NCBI RefSeq assembly: GCF_037042905.1
Contig: NC_087251.1
Coordinates: 14,696,001-14,760,000 of the forward strand
Source: Lytechinus pictus
Lineage: Eukaryota
Direction: 5' to 3'
Length of the DNA: 64,000 nt
The notes under the pieces are model-generated. The model was not told the origin of the DNA. It saw nothing but the letters and a program-made list of their open reading frames with translations, and made no database searches. A program made the translations under genes and the position numbers. Below are positions 1 to 14,196 of this stretch, one piece after another (within the stretch, counting starts at the first letter, position 1; the number at the start of each line of letters is the position of its first letter).

Positions 1-1399
1 CACTCTTACTTTCTATTTCTCTCTTCTTCTCCTTTCTTTTTTCTATTTCCCTCTCTCACTTTCTATCCCCCACTCTCTCAACTCATCGTTGGGGGAAAGA
101 GATTGACCTATTTCGTGCTGACATGTCCTCTACAGGGTGTTTGTCTGTTAATAAAATATGAATGTTCATGTCTCCTTTGACAATATCGATGTGGATATCA
201 CAGGAAGGAGGAGCTTGATAACAAACTGCTAATTTATATCCATCAATCATTATCTCATCCACTTCGTCATAGAGATATGTAACAATTGTAAGCTCCATTT
301 TTTATTGTGTCATGTGCTCTTAATTTTGGACCATGTCTCTTTCAACTTTGTGAGTCCAGCATGTCCGCAATTCAATTAATTCTTATTTTATTAATCCTCT
401 TAATCTAAATCCATTGTCTGATGGGCATGCAATTAAAAGACATCTATATGAAACTTTCAACATCGGTTGGCGGCATGACTCATTGATTGAACGCATATTG
501 CATAAACACCACTAAGCATTGTGGTTGGACTAGTTGGAATTCATAATTTTGAAGATACAAAGTAGCTGTGAAGGGGGACTGTGCAAAACTTCTTATTTTT
601 TTATCAAGAATGTGTTAGCTCTTTAACAACCGATCATAAAGTGTGTCCTTACCATGACGTCATTAATAAAAGTGCAAGGAGTGAGATCGTGATGTCATCC
701 CTAGGATGAGGGCAAAGCTTCATTTCCTCGGAGGATCTCTGAAGTGGAACTACCCCCACCTCCTCTTCCACACACATACATGCACTCACACACCCTTTTC
801 CCATTCTCCATCAACATCTGTTAAACTTGTTCCTTCGTTTAAATGTGTTAGATTTGGTTCGTTCAAGATCTATACCGTGTTTACCCATATCACGCATATG
901 CCTGAAAAGTTCCACAAATATCTGATACTGTTATTCTGGTTGCATACAGAATGGGATGACATCATTTATGTCAGAATCATTACTTATTCATCATGCAATT
1001 ATTATATTGGCAGAGATATCAAAATGAACTCCTATGACTCCGGCCTGTCACAAAACTGCAGACTATATTACAGCTGGTAATCCACCCGGACCATACCGCC
1101 CCCATGTTTTGAAAGTAATTTTCATTAAAAATGCAAATGCTCGTTGTGTAGAGGTGAGATACAGCTGAATGAATGACACAAGAAAATATATTTCTTATCC
1201 ATTCATATTTTGGATGATCACTTTTAAAATTCCAGAGTACTTATTGATAATGACAATGAAAGTGATATTGAAAAAAAAACGTAATCGATTAAGTTACACT
1301 GATCTAACAACATACCCTACATAAAATATTGTTATCATTATCTGCCTCCAATCTAAATAGTGAGTATTTCATGGTTAGAGCTGGATAACATACATTCCC

Positions 1400-1452
1400 G
1401 TAGTTATCAGTCTGTGGTATGACTTGCGCGAGGATCGAACCCACGACCTTCC
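1400..1452 (-). mobile_element. tRNA-derived SINE head fragment
   Basis: Minus strand reads GGAAGGTCGTGGGTTCGATCCTCGCGCAAGTCATACC, a Pol III B-box (GGTTCGATCC) in a SINE-like context; no full cloverleaf. Confidence 0.5.
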
Positions 1453-2619
1453 TGATAATCAATACATGCATATTAAGATCTATCTTTCCCTTTATCTCTC
1501 TATCTTGTTATCAACAATGTAGTTACAATTAGCATTTAAGAAAAGTCATATTTCAACTACCGAAAAAGCGAAGGGCTCTTTTCTCGACGGGATAGGTGAA
1601 CCATATTCTAAGAATAGCACTTCACCCCGTAAAATGCATTCACCTAGGTTATATCGGGGTTTTTTTCCAACAACTCTCTTGGGACTCCATGGGGAAACTT
1701 TAAGAATGGGGCAATGGGGTACAAGTTTTAGTCAAATATCTGTTCATCGGTCGAAATCAAGGGCTAGAATTGCATCAAGTGATCTTCATCTTGGTAACCT
1801 TCATTTGTTTCCTCTTGTAGAAACCAAGGCATCCTTTTTGATTCATCGATGTCGATCTCTTTTTCAATGGCCTTGCTCTATTTCAGAAGATATCTTCCTA
1901 GTAAATAGAATGAACTTAATCGTAATTGAATGTACCCATCTCTTTCTCCAGTATTGTAAAAATCAGTGTTTTAAAAACATTTCTACAATTCACTTACATC
2001 TTTGTGATCCATTGATGCCAGACGAATATTGTGTGAGAGATAACCAAAGGAGCTACATGTATACTAATTGAAAACAAATACATTGTCAGTGAAATTTTCA
2101 ATGTATAAGAATTTAGTTTAATATAACTTCTCAAGTATTTTAAATGTGTATTTTGTGTATTTATTACATCATTTGAAAATGAAACTAAATTGTATACTCA
2201 GTATTCATAATGCACAAAGAAATTCGCCCTTCCTAGCTCATTGTCTACTCTTTCGTTCTCTCACTCTCTCTCTTGGGTAAAAATTATTGTTAGATTTGTC
2301 GTTCAGAAGACATTTGAAAATTGTCTTCTTCTGTACGATAAATTTTGAATTTAAAAATCTTTGGTTTATTTTGTCTTCCTTTTTTAATTAATACAAGCTG
2401 CGGAGGTAAAGCATCCCTGGTTGATTCTCTTCTCTTTCATCAAGTGTTACTTCCGGTGGTACTATGACCACAAAAAAATATTCTCTAAATATAGGTCATT
2501 ATTGCTAAATATTTGATGGATTTCGCATCGCAATGGTCTCATTATAAACCAACTCAATTTATGTCTCTTTGAACGTTGGCTAAAAATAAAGTCGGAAACT
2601 TAAAAAAAAACGTTACTGG

Positions 2620-2960
2620 TTCCTCATCTTCTTCTTTCATCGTCCTTATTTCCCTTCCGCTTCTGTTTTCTCTCACTCTCTCTTTGAATGCTGTCTTTTC
2701 TCTTCTTAATTCTCATCTCCGTTATCTCCTTCTTTCTCTCCGTCTTCTTTCTTACCTTGTTCCACTTCGTCCTCTTCTTCTACTACGACTACCACAACAA
2801 CTGCTTTTCTTTATTTCTTTTGGTCTCTTTCTCTCTCATCGTCTTCTCCACATTCTTCTCCTCTCCTCCTACTCCCTAATCATCACACCATCTTCTCCAT
2901 TATCATTATCATCATAATTTACACCGTCATCATCTTATTCTTATCATCTTCCTTTCCTTA
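2620..2960. repeat. Low-complexity (TCT/CTT/CAT)-rich tract
   Basis: Degenerate pyrimidine-rich trinucleotide repeats; explains ORFs 2576..2917 and 2688..2879. Confidence 0.75.
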
Positions 2961-4153
2961 TAGTGTGCTGCAGTCAACCCCAGAAAACTCTTATTCTTTA
3001 CACATACTGCGCAAAAGAATGAGAGGATTTTCGCAATAAGGATTACTTCGCTAACATTGTTACTCCATTGCTTGTGATTACCGAAATGGGGTCACGACTT
3101 GGCGCTGCAGATTATTAGCGAGTTATCTGTAGGCGAGAGAATGACATTTGATTGAACGTTGTAATGCCGGTAGCTACATGATGGTGGTCAGAATGGTAAT
3201 AAGAAGATATTTGATTTCATTTCTCAGGGTATGCCTACACTCCTGACAACCAAAACACATTTATGTGTTTCTTATCGTGTTTTCTATTTTGTACTATATT
3301 TTTTATCTGTCTTCATTATTTTTAGACGATCTTCCAAGTTCCAACAATTCCCCAAAATAATTTCACATATAACTTTCCTACCCCGACATTTTCGCCAGCT
3401 ATCCCCACTCCCTCTCTCTATCTTTCTCTTAGTCATTCACTATTTCATATGATCTTCCAGATAATGTATTATCTTATTGTGAAACGACGATCTAGGAGAC
3501 ATATTTGCCATTAGAACTAATAAATAATTTTGGTGATTTTTTTTTACTCTACTACAATTTGATTATATTCCATTGAAATCAGTTTCTCATAGTCGTCAGA
3601 GTGCTGAAGATGCAATTTTAACTTTGGTCCCAAATAGACATGTTCATACTAATTTGCTACGACCCTAATGGGGGCGTTTCTTCCCCAAATGAACTTATAT
3701 ATAAAAGAAAGGCTTATGCATTCACCCCGCCCTAGATTAAAAATTCTTCGGATTAAAATCGGCTCCTTTTTAAAGAGTCTATATTTATCTCAAAACACAA
3801 ATATTTCCAAAAATTCCGTCTTATATTTCTTGTGACACGAAAGATGATTGTCGGTCTGGACAAGCCGGGGGAGTTTTAAGATTCCGAGCTAAGATTAAAC
3901 TTGTCTATAACCTCCGACGTCAATGTCTGTATGAATACCAATGTGAATATCATATGATTTGTTTCAATGTTTGATTGTTTACTTCCGAACACCCTATACA
4001 GGTAGTGCACTTTAAAGTGCTTGAATACGTCTAAAACTATTCAACTCAATTCAGCATTTATTTCCAATTCATTAAAAAACAAGTTGATATCATGATAATG
4101 TACAGACAAAGAAACAATAAAAAATAAATGCAGACGAAAGTGATAATTAACTT

Positions 4154-4566
4154 ATAAACTTAGTTGGCACACCACACATGCAGCATAAACTTCACTATAA
4201 CGTCGCGCGGACGTAGCACACACGTGAAAATTTCACATCTTTTGAGAAAATCAAATGAAGCTGCCACCGGGTGATAGGGTTTCTTCTGAACTTCAAGAAC
4301 GTAGCGGGAATTTCATCTGGAAAAAATCTGGTGTTGACATCAGCCCGGAATCTATATATGTCCACACCAGAGAAGTGCTAAACAACACCAGTTTCGTTTT
4401 GGTCCAACACCAGAAAGGTGTTTATACAACACCAATTATTAGTATTAAAACAGCATCGGTTTGATTCCAAACTGATGTTGTTTCAATACTTCTCTGGTGT
4501 GGACATATATAGATTCCGGGCTGGTGTTAAATCAACACCGGAGTTTTTGCAGTGAAGGGGGTATTA
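4154..4566 (-). mobile_element. Non-autonomous DNA transposon fragment (TACCCC-type end) carrying a truncated CACTG MITE (~4325-4554)
   Basis: 4154-4242 is the reverse complement of 4962-5050, and ~4284-4320 is the reverse complement of ~4646-4682. The inserted segment matches the MITE at 4725-4960. Confidence 0.7.
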
Positions 4567-4724
4567 AATAGTTTCGAAGTAGGTGCTCTATAATCTGATC
4601 CCATACAAATACGCATAGCTTTTTTTTTGTAATACCCTCTTTACACCAGATGAAGTTCCTGCTACGTTCTTAAAGTCCAGAAGAAGCCCTCGGACGTGGC
4701 GCCAACTTTGTTTGATTTTCTCCA

Positions 4725-4960
4725 CACTGCAAAAGATCTGGTGTTGATTTAACACCAGCCCGGAATCTATATATGTCCACACCAGAGAAGTGTTACAAAG
4801 TTTCGTTTTGGTCTAACATCAGATAGGTTTTTATACAACACCAATTAGTATTAGAACAGCATCGGTTTGATTCCAAACTGGTGTTGTTTCAATACTTCTC
4901 TGGTGTGGACATATATAGATTCAGGGCTGGTGTTAATTCAACACCGGAGTTTTTGCAGTG
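4725..4960. mobile_element. Palindromic MITE with CACTG termini (EnSpm/CACTA-like)
   Basis: CACTGCAAAA...TTTTGCAGTG with ~70 bp inverted arms; 2-bp CA direct repeat on both flanks (4723-4724, 4961-4962). Confidence 0.8.
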
Positions 4961-5165
4961 CAAAGATGTGAAATTGTCACGTGCGTGCTATGTCCGCGCG
5001 ACGTTATTGTGAAGTCTATGCTGCGTGCGTGGTGTGCCCACTAAGTTTATTCTACGCACAGAACAGCTCCATGCTGCGTCGAAACGGTTCCCGCTACGTT
5101 CTGACTACAGCCAGAATATTGCGTGACTTGCTCTATTTCATGGATTTGGACGTAGTGCCAACTGA

Positions 5166-5747
5166 TACCCCATTACACCAACGCTTCGTCCATGCAGTTC
5201 TCGCCGCGTCAAAGAAAAATGGTCATGGCGCAGTGGGAACTGCAACATCGTATTGAGAGCGTAGCGAGAACTGTTGTTGAGGTGGCATAGTCTGCATGAT
5301 CTCCGGAGACCAATTTTCCGCATCATGGACTTTGAACATGTCCAAAGTCCACGTAGCGGGAGCGCCGTCTGAAGAGTGCGTAATAATGACACAGTAAGGA
5401 CCTACTAACAACTCCACCGACCTAGCATAGACGTAGAGGACACGGGAAGAACGTGGTAACAACTCTGTCCATGTCTACCGTATTGCTACTACGCGTAGGT
5501 CCTAAGGAGGTCCTTGTTGCGTCATTACTACGCACTGTTCTAACGGCGCTCCTGCTACGTGAATTTTGGACATGTCCAAAGTCCACGTAGTGGAAAATGG
5601 GTCTCCGGAGATCAGGCAGACTATGCCACGTCAATAGCAGCTCTCGCTACGTTCTAAGTCCGCTGTAGCAGCTCCCATTGCGTCATGGCCATTTTGCCGT
5701 TGGCGTAGCGAGAAATGCATGGATGTAGCGTTGTTGAAAAGGGGGTA
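5166..5747. mobile_element. ~580 bp foldback MITE
   Basis: TACCCCATTACACCAACGC...GCGTTGTTGAAAAGGGGGTA; the two halves are imperfect reverse complements over most of the length. Confidence 0.75.
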
Positions 5748-6039
5748 TGATAGAAACAGTTTGTGTAGATTGCAAGAATATGTATTTCCCCAAATTTAGT
5801 TACAATAGTTCAAATGTGATAAAATAAAAGTGTTATAAAGAATAAATAATGTGTTTTGGCAAGTCATATTTGAGTCGATTTAGAACTCCAACAAAACGAG
5901 AAACCTTATTACAAATGAAATTAATATGAACATCCCACAGAGTGTGTTACTCAATATAACACCTAGAAATTGCGGAGTCATAGAATTGGAGAAGGGTTCC
6001 GTCTACCTTTAAAATTATGTCGCAAGAATTATATTGCAC

Positions 6040-6830
6040 ACCCCTCTCTCGAAAGATCACACATTGCGTTTTACTTTTATTTAATGAAAGTTGACTGCAC
6101 TTGAACAATGAAGATTATCGGGCAGGATTTCTATTCAGAATTTCAGTTAAGATATCAATATTTTCATGAGAGGCAAGAAAAAAGTGATGTGTCATCTGCA
6201 TATAATATAAAATTAGATTCATGGCAAGAATAAACAATATCATTTATGTGTAATGAAAATAATAAGGGTCTTAGAATGGATCATTGGGGCACAACCGTAT
6301 TAACATTTCTAAATATGATTTAGTTTATAGTGAAGTGTTCTCTATTCAATAAATATGATCTAAACCAATTAAAAGGTACACCTCTAATACCATAATATTT
6401 CAATTTGTCCAATAAAATATCATGTGAAAGGGAATCAAACGCCTTTGAAAATTTCATGAAAATACCAACAACCTTGTTTATCTTTATTTAATTCACTAAT
6501 TATTCTGTCTTGTATTTCGATAACTACCATAGGCCATATCTGTTGGAAAATTCTTGCAAAATCCATATTGACTTTCGTATAAAATATCATGTGAAAGTTT
6601 AAAAATGTACATAATCTGTTAAAAACCAATTTCTCTAATGTTTTTTACATACAAGGCGATATTGGGCGATAATTAGTAAATTCTTTTTAAATACAGGTAC
6701 TACCTTAGCTATCTTCAATTTGGAAGGTACATATCCAGAACTTAAGGAACAATTAAAAATATGGCTAAGAGGATCTACAATATAACATATTAATTGTCTT
6801 ACAACAGAAGGATCGATTTCATCGAAGCCA
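6040..6830 (-). mobile_element. Decayed CR1/L2-group LINE ORF2 (reverse transcriptase) fragment
   Basis: Minus-strand translation gives RT motifs broken by stops and frameshifts: LVDPLSHIFNCSLSSGYVPSKLKIAKVVPVFKK, NYRPIS, FSKAFDSLSHDILLDKLKYYGIRGVPFNWFRSYL, VPQ*SILRPLLF, FILYADDT (YADD at 6191-6202). Confidence 0.88.
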
Positions 6831-9800
6831 CGACTTTTCCAGACTGAAAAGATTTACATATCTCTAGTACTTCACTATATAGCGATGTTTATTATGCTTT
6901 ACTGTTTAAATTTGCTTGAGGTATCTGTATTCAGATAATTTGTATCAATTGGGTTATTACTGACATTGAAAAGAAATGAAACAAAGGAAATTAAATTTAA
7001 AACAAGAAAATAGATACACAAAGGAATAATTACGAATAGATGAATAAATAAAATAAAGTAAGATATTACGCAATGTAAAGCATTTTCACGTCTACTTTGT
7101 AACTGACACATTATTATACTTACATGTATTTGGTTTTATAGATTTTTTAATGGGACACGCAATCCATAACTAAAATTGAAAATAACGAGGTATTATTCCC
7201 TCCGCACTGTTCTTCTTCATTTTCCACTTTTTACAATTATGTCAATTTTTGCAGTTTATTTTGGGCGCATTGAAGCGATTTTTAAAGTCTTTTATAGTCT
7301 TTTGCGTATTTTTTTCTTGCGTTCTGACATTTGTTTCGTTCCAATACACTTTCCTAATAATATGTTACCCCTTAGAATGACGATAAAGCGTTCTTACCTG
7401 TATTAAGAAACACACATTATTAATGTAATTCATACTATACTATCAATCCATATTCATGAGTAACTGCAATTTAAATTACTCATGTTTCAATATGCGCGCT
7501 GAAGCTAGTCCCAAATGGAATACATAAAATTGACTCGATCAGTATCAAAGTCATGTCTCCTTTTTTCATGATTATTCCCAAATGCTTTTTGATAATGTAT
7601 TTCTTACATTGACATGAATGAGATGCCGGTATGTACCTGAGAAAATAATTTCAGTAATTATTAACTTTAATTTGAGATATCCATTTCATTTGATCGCTTA
7701 TCTCCCACCTCTTTCTCTGTTCTACTTCCAAGACTTTCCAACCAAAGAAGTAGAAACCCTGAAGTGTTAGCCTTTATATATCTTTAAAAAAAAACATCCT
7801 TTGATAAAGCAATTCAAAAGAAAATTATTTATAGGATAAACATCAAACCATTTCTCCTCTTGTAGAATAAAAACTTTATCCAAGTGTATTGTGATAATTA
7901 TACTCCTTTCGATGAATGTTGAAAATAGTAGGAATTCAATCAATTCGAGTTTACATATAGTGCATATGATGCGAGGGTACACTATGAATATTGCATTCTG
8001 GGTAGGGAAACGGAAACAGAAGAATAGTAGAGGGCTGAAGCTGATGTTTTCCAAGATGACGGTGATATGTTGCCTTTAACTATTTTAGCAGTTAAGAGGC
8101 CTAAACCGCTCAAAATTCAGGTTTGTTGTTGCGATAAATTGTAAATCGATCTTATATACATATGTTTTTATGACTATTGGTTTGGTCTGAGTTTGAAATC
8201 CGAGAAACTGAAATCACATCTTCTATCCATATATTATGATCCAACAACAACCACAATGTATGCCTCCCAATCGTGTCAAGTTTGATATGCATATCGTGTA
8301 AAGGTGCAACCACACTACATGCGATATGTGGAGTAAAATAACACTGACGTTACATATAAATGTTTGCAATACAAAAATATAAATTGAATGTAGTATATAA
8401 CCGATACTTTTTTGAAGATATATATAAACATGTATTATCATTTGGAAGGAACTTTGAATCAACACAAATATGTAGAATGTTTACAATGAAGCAGAAAAAA
8501 TAAAATCGAACTGCATGAAAAATAGTACTGGACATTCGTAGGATAGTATGCTGCAAAGATGCATTGAATCTTGAGTTGGTAATTAGTACATATTGATGCA
8601 AAGAGAAATTTTTATTATGATTTTCACAAGAAATATATGACAAGCATGTACTAAACTATTTTTTATAAAAGTTGGTGAGTAAGAAGTCATTTAAATTTAA
8701 TTAAAATAGGCACTTAGGACAAAATTAATTTCTTTAAATTATGATTATTGATAAAGAAAATAGAATGAAAATGATGTATAACGACTGTGGTTGAACTTAA
8801 AATTCTTTCACTGTATACCTCTTATAATAAACCACTTTTCCACCATCACTTTCGCTGAATATGTAATTGGATAAAGGATGCTACTTCTCTCAAATTGTAT
8901 AAATTGAATACAAATTAAATTTGTAGTTTATATACTTCTACGTGGTTTTATACATGCGTTGCTCTGTAGTAGGATTTTTATAAATAGGATTCCGAGAACT
9001 TACATATAAAGTGGCTTTTAACCAATAAAGATTCTACTCCGACAAATAGTTGAGGGCAAATTCGAACTAAAAATGGACTTCCCCCATTTTTTTAAGAGGA
9101 AAACAGCATGCATTAAAATAAACTAGGTTCATCATGCTGGTTTTTTTTTAAATATATTTAAAAAAACCTTTGAATCTATATTTTATGATTGTATGGACTT
9201 GGCAAAATAAAAAGCCACAATTGTTGTCGCAGTTACAAGAGTAATATTTTATTCAATATTTATTCATAATGACAAGAGAAATTTTGAAGAAATCAGACAG
9301 TGGAGAAATTCTGATAATGAAATATGTTAAATTTCAAGGAAGATATGTGAATGGAATCATGACCACTAAGTGGTGAATAAACTTGTTTAACAAGTAGACA
9401 TCGGGGCGGGGTTCAGAAATAAAGATGTTAAGATGTCAAGTTAGAAACTGAATATTCGAAATATTTATTAATGTACGGATAAATTATATTGGCACCTTTC
9501 TTATCACGCTATTGAGATACTTTGATGTAAAAAGACTCGATTGCTTCCAATTTCCTTTTAAAACTGAGCATCTTATTCTATTATCTAAAGTGATTTCCTA
9601 AATTTATCTGGCACAACAAATTTCAATGACAATAATAACAAAGAAGTTATATTTCGAAGCTGGAATTAAATACAATAGAAATAATCTGCTTTGCATCTCA
9701 TAGATACAAGAATCGCAACAAAAATATTAAAAATGCGAAAAAAATATAAAATCGAGTAGACGTGTTTTTTCATGACAGTTTCAGAAACAGATTTTGAATT

Positions 9801-10636
9801 ATCGTTTTGTTTTGTCACACCATATATGCACTGGAGAAGAATGAGACTTAACATTTAATTTTTTAGAGCTATGCTCCGTTTGCTTTTAAAATCTATGATT
9901 TTTGCTTTTATGGCATTCTATATACACATAATTATCTGTAAGAAGAGAGCTCACAAGTCACATACCATTTGCATTACCAGTTTATGTTAGATCATTATAG
10001 ATGGTATCTTTTTATCTTAAGAACCCTTTTTTAAAAGCTTTAATGTTTTTCATGTTTTCAGATTGTTCTTCTGTATTTCAGATATAAATCAATCTACGCA
10101 TGCTTAGTCGTGATTTTCCTAAGGATCGAACATGCGCAGATTTCGTCCTACTTCCCTTCCGCCGTGATTTTGAAGCTCCCTAATGTGAGCGACAGAGGAA
10201 TGACAATTTCTCTCAATTATGGTCTCAATATTGCAATAGTAGGATGGAAATAGACAACTCGGCTATTATCCCGTCGTCTAGATCAAGACGACAAGATTTG
10301 ATATCGACGATGGTGATCGAATGGAATAAGGATCAACGTTCCTCTCATCACCGGAAGTATGAAGACACATTGAGAGAAACACGGGTAATAAGATACAATC
10401 CGAGGAAGGGTGTGTGTTAACTACATGCTCCGAGCCATGCTACTAGGTTGCATCTAAACTTGGCCTTCGGGCCATTTACCTTATTACAATGTCACTGGGC
10501 TGAATTAGGCATGGACTTGCTAGCTTCATGATTTAGGAAGTGGGATTTGATATTAAAAAAACAAGATGTATCTATATTGTATACCTTTTTTGGGATTGAG
10601 AGTCCAAGAGATCTGAATGATAAAAGACTGATAGTA

Positions 10637-10673
<37 letters not shown>

Positions 10674-10686
10674 GTTGGTTGATTGG

Positions 10687-10721
<35 letters not shown>
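10637..10721. repeat. (GATT)n/(GGTT)n microsatellite
   Basis: About 21 tetranucleotide units. Confidence 0.95.
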
Positions 10722-10723
<2 letters not shown>

Positions 10724-10877
10724 AAAAGGAAAACAAAGAAAAAGAATTATGCAAACTCATGATAAATAGTATACGGAGGTAGATATTGGCGAGGGACAGA
10801 GTGAATAAAAGGGTAATATTTTAAATGGAATTTCACTCTTAAGAGTGCAACAAGAAGAAAAAAGAAAGAAGATAAAA

Positions 10878-11085
10878 TGTGTGTGTGAGGGTGTGCGTGC
10901 GTGCGTGTAGGTGGGTGCACGCGTTGCGCGTGTGTGTGCGTAAGAAGATGGGTGTGTGTGTACGTGTGTATGCGAGTGTTTTCGTTCCTGTGTATGGTAT
11001 GGATGCGAGCAGGTACATGAGTGTGTACCTGTGTGTGGTTGTGGCTGTAATTGGCTTTGAGAGAGGGTGTGGGTGTGTGTTGAGG
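10878..11085. repeat. Degenerate (GT)n-rich tract
   Basis: GTGT/GCGT runs; explains the His/Thr- and Val/Cys-rich ORFs here. Confidence 0.8.
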
Positions 11086-14000
11086 CAGAGAGAGGGGAGC
11101 ACGTCCAATCTGGAAATAATATAATTATGCTATGTAGTATACAAAGCATAGGAGAAAACTTTATGTTCAATATTTCAGTCATTCATTAGATTTATTTTCA
11201 AGAAATCAATCAAATACAAAACTAACAACCTCTTCTTAACAAGTAAAATAATTACCATTATGGAAATTAAAGAAAGAAAAATCAGAACTTACTTGATATC
11301 CTAAGTGAAGGGGGCAATTGTTACCCTTAACATTGAGCTTTATGTAATACGTATACAGTGACAGCTAAAGTAGTGTAAGAAAAATGAACTGAGCTCGATA
11401 GAAAGCAAACTTTTACAAGGACAGATGAAAGCAAGGAGTATAACAAAACCGGGGGCACACAGGTTACCAGACAGAAGCATAGTCTTATTAAAATTTGTCA
11501 TCAAATCACTATGGATAGATTAGAGGTCATTATCGAAGTTGATGGACCGGGACAACACATCGTCTTAAGATTCGGAACGGACGAATAATTGCAAATATGT
11601 CGTTTGTCCAGAGTCCAAGAAGGCACTGTTGTTTTGATACACCGATTTCGACAAAGGCTACTTTGTTATGAAGAAAATTTGACAAAAGATTGTCAGCGTT
11701 AAAGAAAGCGTATCCGAAGTGATTGCTCATGTGTTCTAATAAAGTCATCAGCATCACAGCACGACGTAATTAAACCTCAACAACATGTCACTTGATTAGC
11801 GATAGTTTTAAACACATCTTGCAATATCAATACAAATCTATGAACAATTCAGATTCTTAAAAAGTAAAAAGAAATTTAAAATTATAATTTGTTTACAAAG
11901 ATGGTTGGACAAGTCATTGCATTGTAATTCAGGGTGTTATACCACATCTTGGTAGCATGGGTTTGCCTGTGCAATTATTGTTTTAAAAAAATAAATGAGA
12001 AAGGGGGGGGGGTTTATTCTTGTAACGCTTATAAAGCGTGATGAGGGGGATGATTTCGAATTGTCTATGTCTTGCTTTGCATTGTCATGTATTATCTTGT
12101 CTTTCCTTTAGTTGAGTCACCATAATTCGGTCAGGGATTTACACATTATACTGTCATTTACACATTTACACACATCTATCATACCGCGATGTTTGTGAAT
12201 AGACGTGCTTGACAGTTGAAAAAAAATCACTGTATTAAATCCATATAATGTTATGCATTCTACAAGTCACAGTTATCATCGCCATCATTATTATCATTAT
12301 GTATTACATTTATTGTTTACTACGAGTTTTAATGGAGTTCTTAGAAGGTATATCGCTTTCTCATTGCAAGTTAGTGCCGTATATGATAATCAGTCAATTA
12401 ATTATCGGTAAAGAAAGGGAGTGTCTCTTTTTACAAGCCCACAGGTGGGGTGCTCTCTTATACCCCCTTTCTCTCTCCCTCCCCCCCCCCCCCCTCTCTC
12501 TCTCTGGCTGTATGTGCGTGTGTGGGTGTGTGTTTAAAATTGAATGCAAGGCACGATGGGCACCGTACACCCCCCCCCCCGCTCCATCGTTTTCCAATCT
12601 CAATTGAAAAGGATCATAGTAGTATTCACATAAATAATCTTTTAATGAAGGTAATAAGGTCGTGTTGGATGCGATTCATGAAATATCATAAGAATACATT
12701 TATAAATTGTCCTTACCTATTTGTACTGCTCTTCTGTCTCAATCTCCGTCTCTCTGAACTTCTAATAACTTGAGTTAAGAAACATTTACTAGTTGTATTA
12801 CGTGTCAGAAAAGGCCACGTGTAACATACAATCCAATCACTCGCCACCTGATTAATCCAAATTAAAACGCTCGTATAAGTAATGTCTCTGTGGTTTGAAA
12901 TGTCTACAACCTACGTTTATTCCTCCCAGTGCAGTTACAGTAAATTGTCCTTAAGTTAAGTAAAGTGTGCGGACATCAATTAAACCGTTATGGGGCAGCG
13001 AGGATTAAAGTCCATCTCACTTATGTTTGATCTTGTCCAAAATGAAAGCACTCAAAGTTGAGATGTTCGGGTTGAGTCCCACGAAGCAACCAGTGATTGC
13101 ATATTTCCCAAGCGATTTCAATTCGGCGGCTCGGGGATCCAAGGGAAGAGTCATGTATTGATAAGGTTGCCAAGGAAACGGTTAGGCGGGTTACTTGACA
13201 GGAGGAAGAGTACAGGCCAAATTGTGAAGAACCGACTCATCCAAGAACAAACCGAGTCGTGGCGCGCTACTTATTGTGTGGGAGGGGATCATCGCATCAC
13301 CACATCAGACGACACAATCCTATCTCTCAACCTCTACGAGCTTTTTCCTTCTTTTAGCTTCCTCAACGATGTAAATATTGACACCCTTTATCTCTTCAAT
13401 AAACTGATTATCGTGACAAGTTTTGTTTGCCTCCCTTCTCCTATCCTCCAATTTTAGCTGGAATTTGGTAAGGATCCATGGGAGGATGGCACGACAAACG
13501 TGTGGAGGTGTAGGTGACGTATGGTAACATGTTGCAATATCGGTTAAATATTGAGAGAGCGAGAGGATGGGGAGACCCAATCGCGTTTGATTAGATTTGT
13601 GTGTCAATATTAAGAAGACAGTCATTTAAACTGAATGGGAACCACTCAATCCCAAAGGAAAATGCTGACACTGAATAACCTCCAAATACCGAGAACTTAG
13701 AAGACTAAACGTGCAGAAATTTTACTGACTAACGACGGAACAAATTAACTTGTGGATAATCCCCAAAATACACAAGTAATGAAGCTTTTGCTATCGTAAT
13801 CGGTTTGAGGTACTACTGTGTTCGTGTTGTGCTTCACAGTTTTAATTCGATTTCTTCATAATGCATGATTAAACTGAATTGACATCTATATAAAATAAAT
13901 TGACAAGGACATCGAAAAAATATACGAAATATAGAATTCCTAAATGAGATGAGAGGTATTCATTTATTTGTATTCATCTTAATTGAATTTAGATTCGTAT

Positions 14001-14100
14001 CATAATCAATTTCTATTTCTTATTTATTGAGCATATTTTGTTAAATCAATTCAGTCATTTCACCTTTTCAGTTCGTCACTTTGTTATGATAAATTTATTA

Positions 14101-14106
14101 TTACTA

Positions 14107-14153
<47 letters not shown>

Positions 14154-14196
14154 TACTACTACTACTACTATATACTACTGCTGCTGCTGCTACTAC
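14101..14196. repeat. (TAC)n/(TGC)n microsatellite
   Basis: Direct trinucleotide repeats. Confidence 0.95.

Noticed and set aside
83..298. 71-aa ORF MELTIVTYLY...
   Set aside because: No recognisable family and no supported splice partners.
4981..5634. Cluster of GC-rich ORFs
   Set aside because: They lie inside foldback repeats and appear on both strands because of the symmetry.
11530..11757. Protein-like 75-aa ORF
   Set aside because: No recognisable motif or convincing splice sites; a BLASTX search would be needed.
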